A stretch of DNA of 46,237 nt from an uncultured archaeon. Its GTDB lineage: Archaea > Asgardarchaeota > Lokiarchaeia > Sigyniarchaeales > SOKP01. The stretch covers positions 1 to 46,237 of the forward strand of contig CAZDTP010000022.1 of NCBI GenBank assembly GCA_964508365.1. The letters are read 5' to 3'. The notes under the pieces are model-generated. The model searched no databases. It saw nothing but the letters and a program-made list of their open reading frames with translations, and had not been told where the DNA came from. Of this stretch, positions 27,350-35,861 are shown one piece after another (the stretch's first letter is position 1; each line of letters opens with the position of its first letter). The translations under genes and the position numbers were made by a program.

Positions 27350-28696
27350 ATGTCGGCTACCTTAGAACAGTTATTAAGAGATGCGAGAATAGATTTAGTT
27401 TTAGCGAGAATAGAAAAAGAATCTACTGTTATTGAAGAAGTTATTAGAAATGTAGATAATGAATCACGTTCTATCCGCTTTAATTCGATATTTGTTCTCG
27501 GTGAATTAGGAGAGAAATCAGGTGAAAAGGCTGTTCATAAAATTACTGAATATTTAAATGATGACGATTGGAGTATTCGTCGAGAAGCAGCTAGATCACT
27601 AGGAAAGATTGGAAAATTAGCAAGTTCTTCAACTAACGAATTATCTAAGTGCTGTTCAGAAGAAGAAGAATCAATTCGCCTTGCAGGGGTTACCTCCCTT
27701 GGCACTATTGGTTATGTTTCAGAAGAGGTTTTAAAAACTCTTAGAAATGCATTGAAAGATAAAAGCGAGCAAGTACGAATTGAGGCCGCAAATGCCTTAG
27801 GGTTATTAGGCTCCGAAGCATTCGAAGTTATGCCTGATTTAATGAGGAGTATTAGCGATCCAAGCTGGGCGGTAAGAACAACTTCAGCTCGAGCTATGAG
27901 TGGTATTGGCAAAGGCACAATTAAAGCAATTCCTACCTTAGTAAATGCTCTCGATGATAAAGATTGGCGTGTACGGTACCACATTGTTAATACTCTTAGA
28001 GAAATTGGTGAAGAATCTATTCCTCACTTATTAAATGCGTTGAATCATAAAAATAGAGTTGTAAGAAAAGATGCGGTGGATGCTTTGGGAGAAATAGGGA
28101 TAAAGACTCCTGAAATTATTGAAAAATTGACTTCAATGTTGAAAGATTCCAAAGAAGAAGTAAGAGGAAAAGCTGCTAATTCTCTTCGAAGCTTAGGTAA
28201 AGAAGCAGTCCCTGCTTTAATTGAAGCTATAAAAATTGCTAATACGAAGATGAAAATTGTTATTATATCTGCGATTAGTGGGATTGGATTAGAGGCAAAA
28301 GAAGCGATTCCCGACTTAATAAGCCTATTAAATGATAAAAAATCTTCTGTCCGAGTGGAAGCCGCCAGAAATTTAGGATCAATTGGCATAGATTCAGAAG
28401 AAACGATGATAGCCTTAGAGAAATCTTTAAAAGATCCAAAAGCAATTGTTAGGCGAGAAGCAGCTCTTTCGCTTGGAAAAATTGGGCCTATAGCAAAGAA
28501 AGCAGTTCCGTCTTTGTTAATCGCATTGGAAGATAATAAACCTGATGTCCGATGGAGAGCATCTGAAGCCTTAGGAAAAATTAAGCTAAATACGCCAGAA
28601 GTAATATCAGCTTTAAAAATTCTAATTCATGACGAATGTGATTATGTTTGTGAATCTGCTGATTTTGCAATTGATGACATCACAGAAACTATTTAA
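27350..28696 (+). CDS. HEAT-repeat (PBS lyase-like) alpha-solenoid protein
   Basis: About 12 repeats of ~31 aa, L..AL.D....VR..AA.ALG.IG. Starts 11 nt after livF with an AGGTGA RBS. Confidence 0.9.
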   Translation: MSATLEQLLRDARIDLVLARIEKESTVIEEVIRNVDNESRSIRFNSIFVLGELGEKSGEKAVHKITEYLNDDDWSIRREAARSLGKIGKLASSSTNELSKCCSEEEESIRLAGVTSLGTIGYVSEEVLKTLRNALKDKSEQVRIEAANALGLLGSEAFEVMPDLMRSISDPSWAVRTTSARAMSGIGKGTIKAIPTLVNALDDKDWRVRYHIVNTLREIGEESIPHLLNALNHKNRVVRKDAVDALGEIGIKTPEIIEKLTSMLKDSKEEVRGKAANSLRSLGKEAVPALIEAIKIANTKMKIVIISAISGIGLEAKEAIPDLISLLNDKKSSVRVEAARNLGSIGIDSEETMIALEKSLKDPKAIVRREAALSLGKIGPIAKKAVPSLLIALEDNKPDVRWRASEALGKIKLNTPEVISALKILIHDECDYVCESADFAIDDITETI

Positions 28697-28780
28697 ATTT
28701 TAACTTATTTTATTTCAGATATATTATATATTAAAAAGAAAAAATAATATTAACTCATACAATCAAAAAGGACGGTTAAA

Positions 28781-30469
28781 ATGATGAATGAAAATCCATA
28801 TGCTGCTAAGCCTTGGTTAGAGCATTACGATGAAAATGTGCCCTCGCATATAGAATATCCTAATATGAATATTTTCGAATTTTTGGATAATTCTGCAATG
28901 GATTTTGGTGGTCGAACAGCAATTTGGTTTATGAAAAACAAAATTTCCTATAAGAAATTTAAAGATATAGCTGATAGACTCGCAACTGCTCTCGTTGAAT
29001 TAGGAGTAAAGAGAGGCGATGTGGTTGCATTAATGATACCTAATTTCCCTCAATTTATTTTCAGCTATTATGGGATATTGAAAGCGGGAGGAATAGTTAC
29101 TGCTTGTAGCGTTCTCCACACAGAACACGAATTAGCTTACCAATTAAACGATACAGGAGCAGAGATCATCATAGCATGGGATAACCAAGTCGAAAAAATA
29201 AATAACATACGAGCTAGAACCCGATTGAGACATGTAATAATCACAAATATATTTGATTATACAATGATGGCACCAAGAAACCCTCCTGAAATCGCTGGAA
29301 CAAAGCAATTTATAAATCTCATTAATAATACGAAGCCTGATCCTCCAAAGTTCGAAACAAATGCAAAGGAAGATATAGCCTGCTTACAATATACTGGTGG
29401 TACAACCGGATTGCCTAAAGGCGCAATGTTAACTCATAATAATATTGTATCCAATTGCATAGCAACTCACAAATGGTTAGGTGCGGAAGTTAAAAGAGGT
29501 AAAGATACTGGGCTTACCAACTTACCATTATTCCATATATATGGTCAAACAGTATGTATGAATACCATGATATACAATGCCTCAACCATCGCTTTAAATC
29601 CAGATCCGCGCGATCAAAAATCTCTATTCGAAATAATTAAGGCAACTAGCCCTGCAATGTTTCCAGGAGTGCCAACAATGTACATGCGTTTATTAGAACG
29701 GGATGACCTAGAAGATTACGCTAAAGATTTGAAATCTATTAGAATATGCAACACAGGAGCAGCCCCCATGCCTCCTGAAGTCCTTAAAGAATTTGAAAAG
29801 AGGACGGGTGGTAAAATTATTGAGGGTTACGGACTGACAGAGACGTCACCGGTCGCTACTACTAACCCTGTTCAAGGAGAAAGGAAGATAGGTTCTGTTG
29901 GAATGCCCATTCCTGATACAGAACTAAAAATCGTAGATATTGACGATTATACCAAAATTATGCCTCTTGGCGAATCGGGTGAAATTATGATAAAAGGACC
30001 TCAAGTTATGAAAGGTTATTGGAACAAGCCTGAAGCTACTGCTAATCAAAAAAAGGGTGACTGGCTTTTAACAGGAGATATCGCGAAAATGGACGAAGAT
30101 GGCTATTTCTTTATAGTTGATAGGAAGAAGGACATGATAGATGTTAGTGGTTTTAAGGTATATCCCAGAGAAGTTGAAGATATATTATTTGAATACGAAG
30201 CTATTGAAAATGCTGCTGTTATTGGAATCCCTGATCCTAATTTACCTGGTAGTGAAAAAGTAAAAGCCTACATCGTTCTTAAAGACGGATACAATGAGTC
30301 TGAAGAATTAAAAGCTGAAATCAAAGATTTCTGCAGACAAACCATGGCACCATATAAAGTACCTAAGTTTATTGATTTTAGAAAAGAACTACCCGAAACT
30401 CTCGTTGGTAAAGTTTTAAGAAAAGATCTGAAAGATATTGAAGCTAGAAAGCGAGGAGAAGAAGTTTAA
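28781..30469 (+). CDS. fadD: Long-chain fatty acid-CoA ligase (AMP-forming)
   Basis: AMP-binding YTGGTTGLPKG, EGYGLTE, TGDIA, DRKKDMI..GFKVYP, ELP....GK. Confidence 0.92.
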   Translation: MMNENPYAAKPWLEHYDENVPSHIEYPNMNIFEFLDNSAMDFGGRTAIWFMKNKISYKKFKDIADRLATALVELGVKRGDVVALMIPNFPQFIFSYYGILKAGGIVTACSVLHTEHELAYQLNDTGAEIIIAWDNQVEKINNIRARTRLRHVIITNIFDYTMMAPRNPPEIAGTKQFINLINNTKPDPPKFETNAKEDIACLQYTGGTTGLPKGAMLTHNNIVSNCIATHKWLGAEVKRGKDTGLTNLPLFHIYGQTVCMNTMIYNASTIALNPDPRDQKSLFEIIKATSPAMFPGVPTMYMRLLERDDLEDYAKDLKSIRICNTGAAPMPPEVLKEFEKRTGGKIIEGYGLTETSPVATTNPVQGERKIGSVGMPIPDTELKIVDIDDYTKIMPLGESGEIMIKGPQVMKGYWNKPEATANQKKGDWLLTGDIAKMDEDGYFFIVDRKKDMIDVSGFKVYPREVEDILFEYEAIENAAVIGIPDPNLPGSEKVKAYIVLKDGYNESEELKAEIKDFCRQTMAPYKVPKFIDFRKELPETLVGKVLRKDLKDIEARKRGEEV

Positions 30470-30565
30470 TCTTTAGTAAATTTTAATTTTTAACTTTTTT
30501 ATTGGCTTTTAGTTATTATTAATTGCGTTGTTAATTACTATATTTCATTTAGGATAATAATTATT

Positions 30566-31159
30566 ATGGATCTTGAAGATATAATTGCAAATGTTCGCTC
30601 ATTTGCATATGAAAATTCCATGAAAGACGATATTCACGGTTTTAAACATACTGAAAGAGTATTAAAACAGAGTTTAGAAATAGGAACGAGTTTAAATGCA
30701 AATTTAACAGTAATTAAAATAGCCGCGTTACTTCATGATATTGGTAGAAATATTAAAAACGGGGAATTAGTAGAAAATCACGCTGAAATCTCTGCAGACA
30801 TCGCAGAGGGATTCATTTACAAAAATAAGTTTGACATAACTAAAAATGATATCAAAAATATCCTTCACAGTATCCGATCCCACTCATTTTCGAATGATAA
30901 AATACCCAAAACTCTCGAAGCAAAAATATTGTCCGACGCAGATAAATTGGATGCAATAGGGGCGATTGGTTTATATAGAACTATAGGATTTACTATTCAA
31001 AATCAGGGAGGAATTGACAAAGTAATTCAACATTTGGAAAATAAAATAATGAAATTGAAAGATTTATTATATCTGGATATCAGTAAAAAAATCGCAGAAG
31101 AAAAACAACAAATTATAAAGGATTTCTATGAAAAGGTTAAAGATGAGATTCACCGTTAA
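30566..31159 (+). CDS. HD-domain metal-dependent phosphohydrolase
   Basis: HGFKH..RV, LLHDIG, NHA, SHS, DADKLDAIGA. Confidence 0.9.
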   Translation: MDLEDIIANVRSFAYENSMKDDIHGFKHTERVLKQSLEIGTSLNANLTVIKIAALLHDIGRNIKNGELVENHAEISADIAEGFIYKNKFDITKNDIKNILHSIRSHSFSNDKIPKTLEAKILSDADKLDAIGAIGLYRTIGFTIQNQGGIDKVIQHLENKIMKLKDLLYLDISKKIAEEKQQIIKDFYEKVKDEIHR

Positions 31160-31234
31160 AGGTGGTAAATATATATTTGGATAGTCCAAAGCAAGAAATT
31201 TTAATACTTGAAAATAAATTATTTAATTTCTTTT

Positions 31235-31855
31235 TTAGCCAGATTTAGAAATTATCATATAATTAGCAATTATATCAATTAAAGTTTCAAGTATTTCAGG
31301 ATACTTTTCTTTACCAATATATACGACAGTTTCTTCGTCTAATCCTATAGTAAACAGAGATTTTAGTATTCCTGCTAGAATTTGAGGGTCCTTATTGATA
31401 ATAAAGCCACTATTTTGCCACATTTTTATAAATTGTGGGATATATTCATAAGTTTGCATTATTTGCTTTATATTAGGATTATTTTGTAATTTTCGAATCA
31501 AATAATCTCTTGTATTTTTGTCTGCTACTTGTTGGATTATTGGTTGCTCTTTTGGGACCCGAAAATGAAACCTTATAAAGTCTTTAAATGTTTCTTTAGG
31601 ATTTTTTTTCATATTTTTTAGTAATTGCTGTACTTCTTTTATTACTTTTTTTTCTGTTCGCTGTAAAATGTCTAGAAATAATTCTTCTTTAGAACTATAA
31701 AAGCTATAAAAAGAACCTTTAGCAATATTTACAGCACTTGTTATTTCTTCAACATTAGTCTTTTTCAATCCATAAGTTCCAAAAAGATCTGTTCCTTTTT
31801 CAATTAGATTATCTTTTATAATCTTTTTTTCCTGTTCAGTAAAACCCTTCGGCAT
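31235..31855 (-). CDS. TetR/AcrR-family transcriptional regulator
   Basis: LFGTYGLKKTNVEEIT..IAKGSFYSFYSSKEELF helix-turn-helix. Confidence 0.92.
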   Translation of the reverse strand: MPKGFTEQEKKIIKDNLIEKGTDLFGTYGLKKTNVEEITSAVNIAKGSFYSFYSSKEELFLDILQRTEKKVIKEVQQLLKNMKKNPKETFKDFIRFHFRVPKEQPIIQQVADKNTRDYLIRKLQNNPNIKQIMQTYEYIPQFIKMWQNSGFIINKDPQILAGILKSLFTIGLDEETVVYIGKEKYPEILETLIDIIANYMIISKSG

Positions 31856-31892
31856 TATATATATAAAATAGTATTTAATCCTTATAAATTTA

Positions 31893-31920
31893 TGACTATT
31901 TGACTATATGAATCAATGAC
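31893..31920. promoter_or_regulatory. Repeated TGAC(T) half-sites between the divergent tetR and SDR genes; possible TetR operator
   Basis: TGACTAT at 31893-31899 and 31901-31907, plus ATGAC near 31916. No perfect palindrome. Confidence 0.3.
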
Positions 31921-31982
31921 CAGAAAGTTTAAATAGTCCTTTTAATATTTCTAGAATTATATAAAAAATAGATGGTTAAGAA

Positions 31983-33269
31983 ATGTTTATAGAAAAATTA
32001 GGTTTATCACAGGACTCTCTTGTAGATAAAGTCGCAGTCATTACAGGAGCTGGAAGAGGAATCGGGAAGGAACTTGCTAGAGCCTTAGCATGGTTAGGAG
32101 CTAAAGTTATTATCGCTGAAATTAACGATTATGGTAAAGACGTTGAAACTTTAATCAAATCAGAAGGTGGAACCGTTTTATTTGTAAAGACTGATATTTC
32201 TAAAGAAGAAGACATCAGATTCTTAGAAAAAAAAGTTATTAAAACTTTCGGAAAAGTAGATATTTTGATTAATAATGCATATGCTTCTGCATCGGGTTCT
32301 GTATTGGAAATTCCAATGGAAGATTGGGATAAAGTATATCAAGTCAATATCCACGGCGCTGTCTATGCAATTAAAACTTTTTTGCCTTATATGATGAAAC
32401 AGAATGAAGGTGTAATCAATAATCTTACCTCTGCGGAAGGATGGCCATATATGGCACCTTATTTTGCTACTAAAACTGCTCTAACATCAATTACTAAATC
32501 CCTAGCAGCCGAATTAGATGATACCAATATTTCTGTGTCTGTATTTGGACCTGGAATGGTTGATACCCCTGGATTACAGGAATACTGTCGTATTCTAGCT
32601 CCTAAATATGGTATGACAGAAGAAGAGTTTAAGAATCAAGGAGTAAATCCAGGTTACGAAGGATTAATGCCGGCAGATCATTGTGCAGCAGGATGGGCAT
32701 ATACAATAGTACATGCTAAAGAGTATCACGGACAAATTACTGAGCCATTTTCACCACTCTTAAAATTGGGTTTTATTACAACCAAAAAAAAAGAAATTAC
32801 ATCTAAAAAACAAATAATAAAAACTCAAGATGATTTGAATAGTTTTATTTCAGAGACTATTGAAAACTCCAAAAATGTATATGAAATCATAAAAAAACTT
32901 CAACAAGAAACAAATGAATTAGGTTTATTTGCAAGAAAATGGATGAATCGCACTTTTTCGAATAGGTGTGGAATGAAAATTGAAAAATGTGTTGAGGTTA
33001 TAACAGAACTTGACAGTGAAATTCAAAAAATATCTAATCACGTCCAAAACCAAAAATTAGATAACTCTCTTCCTATATTGAAAAAACTATCTTGGTTCAT
33101 ACTCGTTTTGGAAAGCCTTACAAAGCATTTTCGTGAATGTAAAGATGACGCTAAAGGATGGATAAAGGATCCTAATGATTTGAAAGTGGCCTTAGACACA
33201 TTAGATATAAGAGAACAATCAATACTAAATTTAATCTCTAAACTTAATCAAATCGAAAATCTAATCTAA
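31983..33269 (+). CDS. Short-chain dehydrogenase/reductase with a ~160 aa helical C-terminal extension
   Basis: TGAGRGIG, DILINNA, catalytic YFATK, PGMVDT. The tail after ~aa 270 is amphipathic helical. Confidence 0.88.
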   Translation: MFIEKLGLSQDSLVDKVAVITGAGRGIGKELARALAWLGAKVIIAEINDYGKDVETLIKSEGGTVLFVKTDISKEEDIRFLEKKVIKTFGKVDILINNAYASASGSVLEIPMEDWDKVYQVNIHGAVYAIKTFLPYMMKQNEGVINNLTSAEGWPYMAPYFATKTALTSITKSLAAELDDTNISVSVFGPGMVDTPGLQEYCRILAPKYGMTEEEFKNQGVNPGYEGLMPADHCAAGWAYTIVHAKEYHGQITEPFSPLLKLGFITTKKKEITSKKQIIKTQDDLNSFISETIENSKNVYEIIKKLQQETNELGLFARKWMNRTFSNRCGMKIEKCVEVITELDSEIQKISNHVQNQKLDNSLPILKKLSWFILVLESLTKHFRECKDDAKGWIKDPNDLKVALDTLDIREQSILNLISKLNQIENLI

Positions 33270-33276
33270 TTTTTTT

Positions 33277-34515
33277 TTATCCTATTTTTAAAATCATATT
33301 CACTAGAAGAGTAAATTTTTCTTTTGAACCCCAAACTACATAAATTTTATTATCAATGGGAATAGCTACTAGTTTTATAATAGTAATAAAATCATTGCCT
33401 AAATTTATTGCTGAATTAGTTCCTTCTCTAAATTTTACAGATATTTCTGCCCCTAAATAATTCTTTATAGTACTTTCTAAAACTTTTATTTCCTCTAAGT
33501 CAGGATGTTGTACAATTTCATTTTTAAGTTTTTCTGTATACAATCTAAGCTTTACCCGATCCAGGTTTTCTTCATCTTTTATTATTCTATCATACTCAAA
33601 AATTACAATACCACAGTCTTTCTCAAAACCAATGATTTCGTATATATCAATATCAAATTGCATTTTTAGATCTTTATTGGCGTCAGATATTATATGCCAT
33701 CCATTTTCAGGAGTTTCACTTAAAATTAATCTGATTCCTTTTATTATTTTTATTTCATCTTCCTTCTCTTTTATGATTCTATCAATTATATCCGATAATG
33801 GTCTTGCAGAAAAGTATTGAGCACTTTCTGGCAAAATTGATTTTTTTTCAACCCATCCCTTTTCCGTTAATCTTTCAATAATTCGATAAATATGAGTTCT
33901 TTTTAAATCTAGTTCCTTATTTAATTTTCCTACTTTTTCTCCTTCAAAGCCTTTTCTTAATAGAGATAAATAGACTTTCGCATCTGCTTCACTTAAACCA
34001 ATACTTTTTAATCCTAATTTCTCTAATATATGAGAGTTTTTAGATAATATTTTCGGTGTTAAATCCACTTCTTTTTCTCGTATAGTTTCTTGCTTTTCTT
34101 TAATTAAATAAGGTTTTTTAGAGCTAAGATATCTTAATATTTCAGCTGTTTTTGGTACTGCTAATAACAAGAATTGACCTGTGGGATCTTGGGGGATTTT
34201 ACATAGTATTATCCTTTCATTATCTTTAAAGCCAACTATACTTTCTTGGTTGACAATTTTATTTTTAATTTTAATTAGGGACACAGCAATCAGTCTTTCT
34301 AATGTATTTTGTAATATTGTATATTTATTTCCTGAGATAAATAGATACCTTTCCTTTTTAGAACCCCAAATAGATTTAATATGATCGAAATCTTCACTAA
34401 TATCCCAATTATCCGTCGTATAAACAATTTTATTTTTACCTTCAATTATTGCCGCAGCTATAATCTCTGGGTCTTTTTTAATATCGTAATCAATTTTAGA
34501 TATTATTTCTTCCAT
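33277..34515 (-). CDS. Profilin-like N-terminal domain fused to a TrmB-type winged-helix domain and an unknown C-terminal domain
   Basis: ATG 34515 after a GAGGTG RBS. AAAIIEGKNKIVYTTDNWDIS..LFISGNKYTILQNTLERLIA matches the Loki-profilin pattern (AII..G.I..QTENW.I..L.I.G.KY.I..NT.ER.I). LGLS..DAKVYLSLL..RTHIYRIIERLTEKGWV..YFSARPL is a TrmB wHTH. Confidence 0.75.
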   Translation of the reverse strand: MEEIISKIDYDIKKDPEIIAAAIIEGKNKIVYTTDNWDISEDFDHIKSIWGSKKERYLFISGNKYTILQNTLERLIAVSLIKIKNKIVNQESIVGFKDNERIILCKIPQDPTGQFLLLAVPKTAEILRYLSSKKPYLIKEKQETIREKEVDLTPKILSKNSHILEKLGLKSIGLSEADAKVYLSLLRKGFEGEKVGKLNKELDLKRTHIYRIIERLTEKGWVEKKSILPESAQYFSARPLSDIIDRIIKEKEDEIKIIKGIRLILSETPENGWHIISDANKDLKMQFDIDIYEIIGFEKDCGIVIFEYDRIIKDEENLDRVKLRLYTEKLKNEIVQHPDLEEIKVLESTIKNYLGAEISVKFREGTNSAINLGNDFITIIKLVAIPIDNKIYVVWGSKEKFTLLVNMILKIG

Positions 34516-34532
34516 TCTTTCCACCTCATAAT

Positions 34533-34545
34533 AAAAAAAAAAAAA
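34533..34545 (-). terminator. T13 tract after the actin stop codon; possible archaeal terminator
   Basis: 13 consecutive A on the + strand within the short actin to profilin-TrmB spacer. Confidence 0.4.
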
Positions 34546-34560
34546 TAAATTATAATTAAA

Positions 34561-35706
34561 TTAAAAACATCTATGTATTACTTCGGGACCCATTTCCTTA
34601 TATTCTCTTCTCGTTATCCACATTCTATTAAAAGTCTTCAGAGAGCTTAATATTGACCCCCCAATCCAAACCGAATACATTCTCTCAGGTGGAGCTATGA
34701 TTTTTACGTCGATTGACTCTGGAATCAACTCTTTTATCTCCTTTGTTAATCGCTCTTTAACTCCAGGAAACATTGTTGAACCCCCTGAAAGAACGATATT
34801 ACCATACAATTCTCTACGGAGATCTACATCACATTCAGATATTGCTCCTACGATAAGATCATCTAAAGGCTCTAATTCTTTCCCTAATACTGAAGGATTA
34901 AAGAAAGATTCAGGACCTAAAAATCTCTCTAACCCTATGTTGATAACTTCACCATCGGGCATCATATAACTTTTCTCCATACCAGATACTCTCTTCGAAA
35001 GTATTACTTCTTTTTCAGGATCCATGGCTACATAACACAATTTTTCTTTGATATCTCTTACGATCTCCTTTTCTGCTGAACTCGTGAAATTATAACCTCT
35101 CTGTCTTAACAACCTTTGTAAGTAAGTTGTAATATCTCTACCTGCGAGATCAACTCTTTGAATTGCATGACTAAGCGCGAATCCCTCAAAAATCGGAACT
35201 ATATGCGATACTCCATCCCCAATATCTAGAACGCAACCCGTTGTTCTACCAGACGCATAAAGAGATAAAACTGCTTGGGTTGCTACGTAAAGTGCTGGTA
35301 CATTAAATGTTTCAAACATTATTTCTGCTAATTTCTCTCTATTTAACCGAGGATTTAAGGGTGCCTCAGTTAAGAGAATTGGATGTTCTGAGGGATCCAC
35401 TCTAAGATCCGTAAAAAAAGTATAATGCCAAATCCGTTCCATTGAAGGCCAATCATCAACCACTCCATGTTCAATTGGAAAATGAAGGTTCATAAGCCCT
35501 TTGAGTTCTATGGCTTCCTCTCCAATATACCATTCTCTTGAATATTCCTTCACATCAGGCATAATGTTTCCATATTTTGGTTTACCTATTACGGTTGGAA
35601 ACACAGAACGTGGTTGATCTTCACCAGCATAACCATTCTTAGAAATTCCCGTTCCATTATCTAATACTAATGGTCTTCCACTTATAAAATCACCATTGAC
35701 TGACAA
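34561..35706 (-). CDS. Asgard actin (Lokiactin-like, close to eukaryotic actin)
   Basis: [127 protein letters not shown]. Confidence 0.97.
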   Translation of the reverse strand: MSVNGDFISGRPLVLDNGTGISKNGYAGEDQPRSVFPTVIGKPKYGNIMPDVKEYSREWYIGEEAIELKGLMNLHFPIEHGVVDDWPSMERIWHYTFFTDLRVDPSEHPILLTEAPLNPRLNREKLAEIMFETFNVPALYVATQAVLSLYASGRTTGCVLDIGDGVSHIVPIFEGFALSHAIQRVDLAGRDITTYLQRLLRQRGYNFTSSAEKEIVRDIKEKLCYVAMDPEKEVILSKRVSGMEKSYMMPDGEVINIGLERFLGPESFFNPSVLGKELEPLDDLIVGAISECDVDLRRELYGNIVLSGGSTMFPGVKERLTKEIKELIPESIDVKIIAPPERMYSVWIGGSILSSLKTFNRMWITRREYKEMGPEVIHRCF

Positions 35707-35804
35707 AACAAACCCCTTTTGTTGTTCTTATTTAATTTTTCAATTTTTTTAATGATAGAAAATAATTCTAATATTTCCTATTTAGTAGTAAATAGAAAAA
35801 CGAG

Positions 35805-35856
35805 TATTTAAATCTTGTCACAACTCTGTGACAAGTATGATCTATCATTGTGACAA
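35805..35856 (-). promoter_or_regulatory. Putative actin promoter: TATA-like TTTAAATA with an adjacent palindrome TTGTCACA-N4-TGTGACAA and a third half-site
   Basis: TTGTCACA 35815-35822, TGTGACAA 35827-35834, a second TGTGACAA 35849-35856, and TTTAAATA on the minus strand at 35812-35805. Confidence 0.55.
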
Positions 35857-35861
35857 AAAAA

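Noticed and set aside
27350-28696. Tandem DNA repeat or CRISPR-like array
   Set aside because: The periodicity is at protein level (HEAT repeats) with diverged DNA. No identical repeat-spacer structure was seen anywhere in the window.
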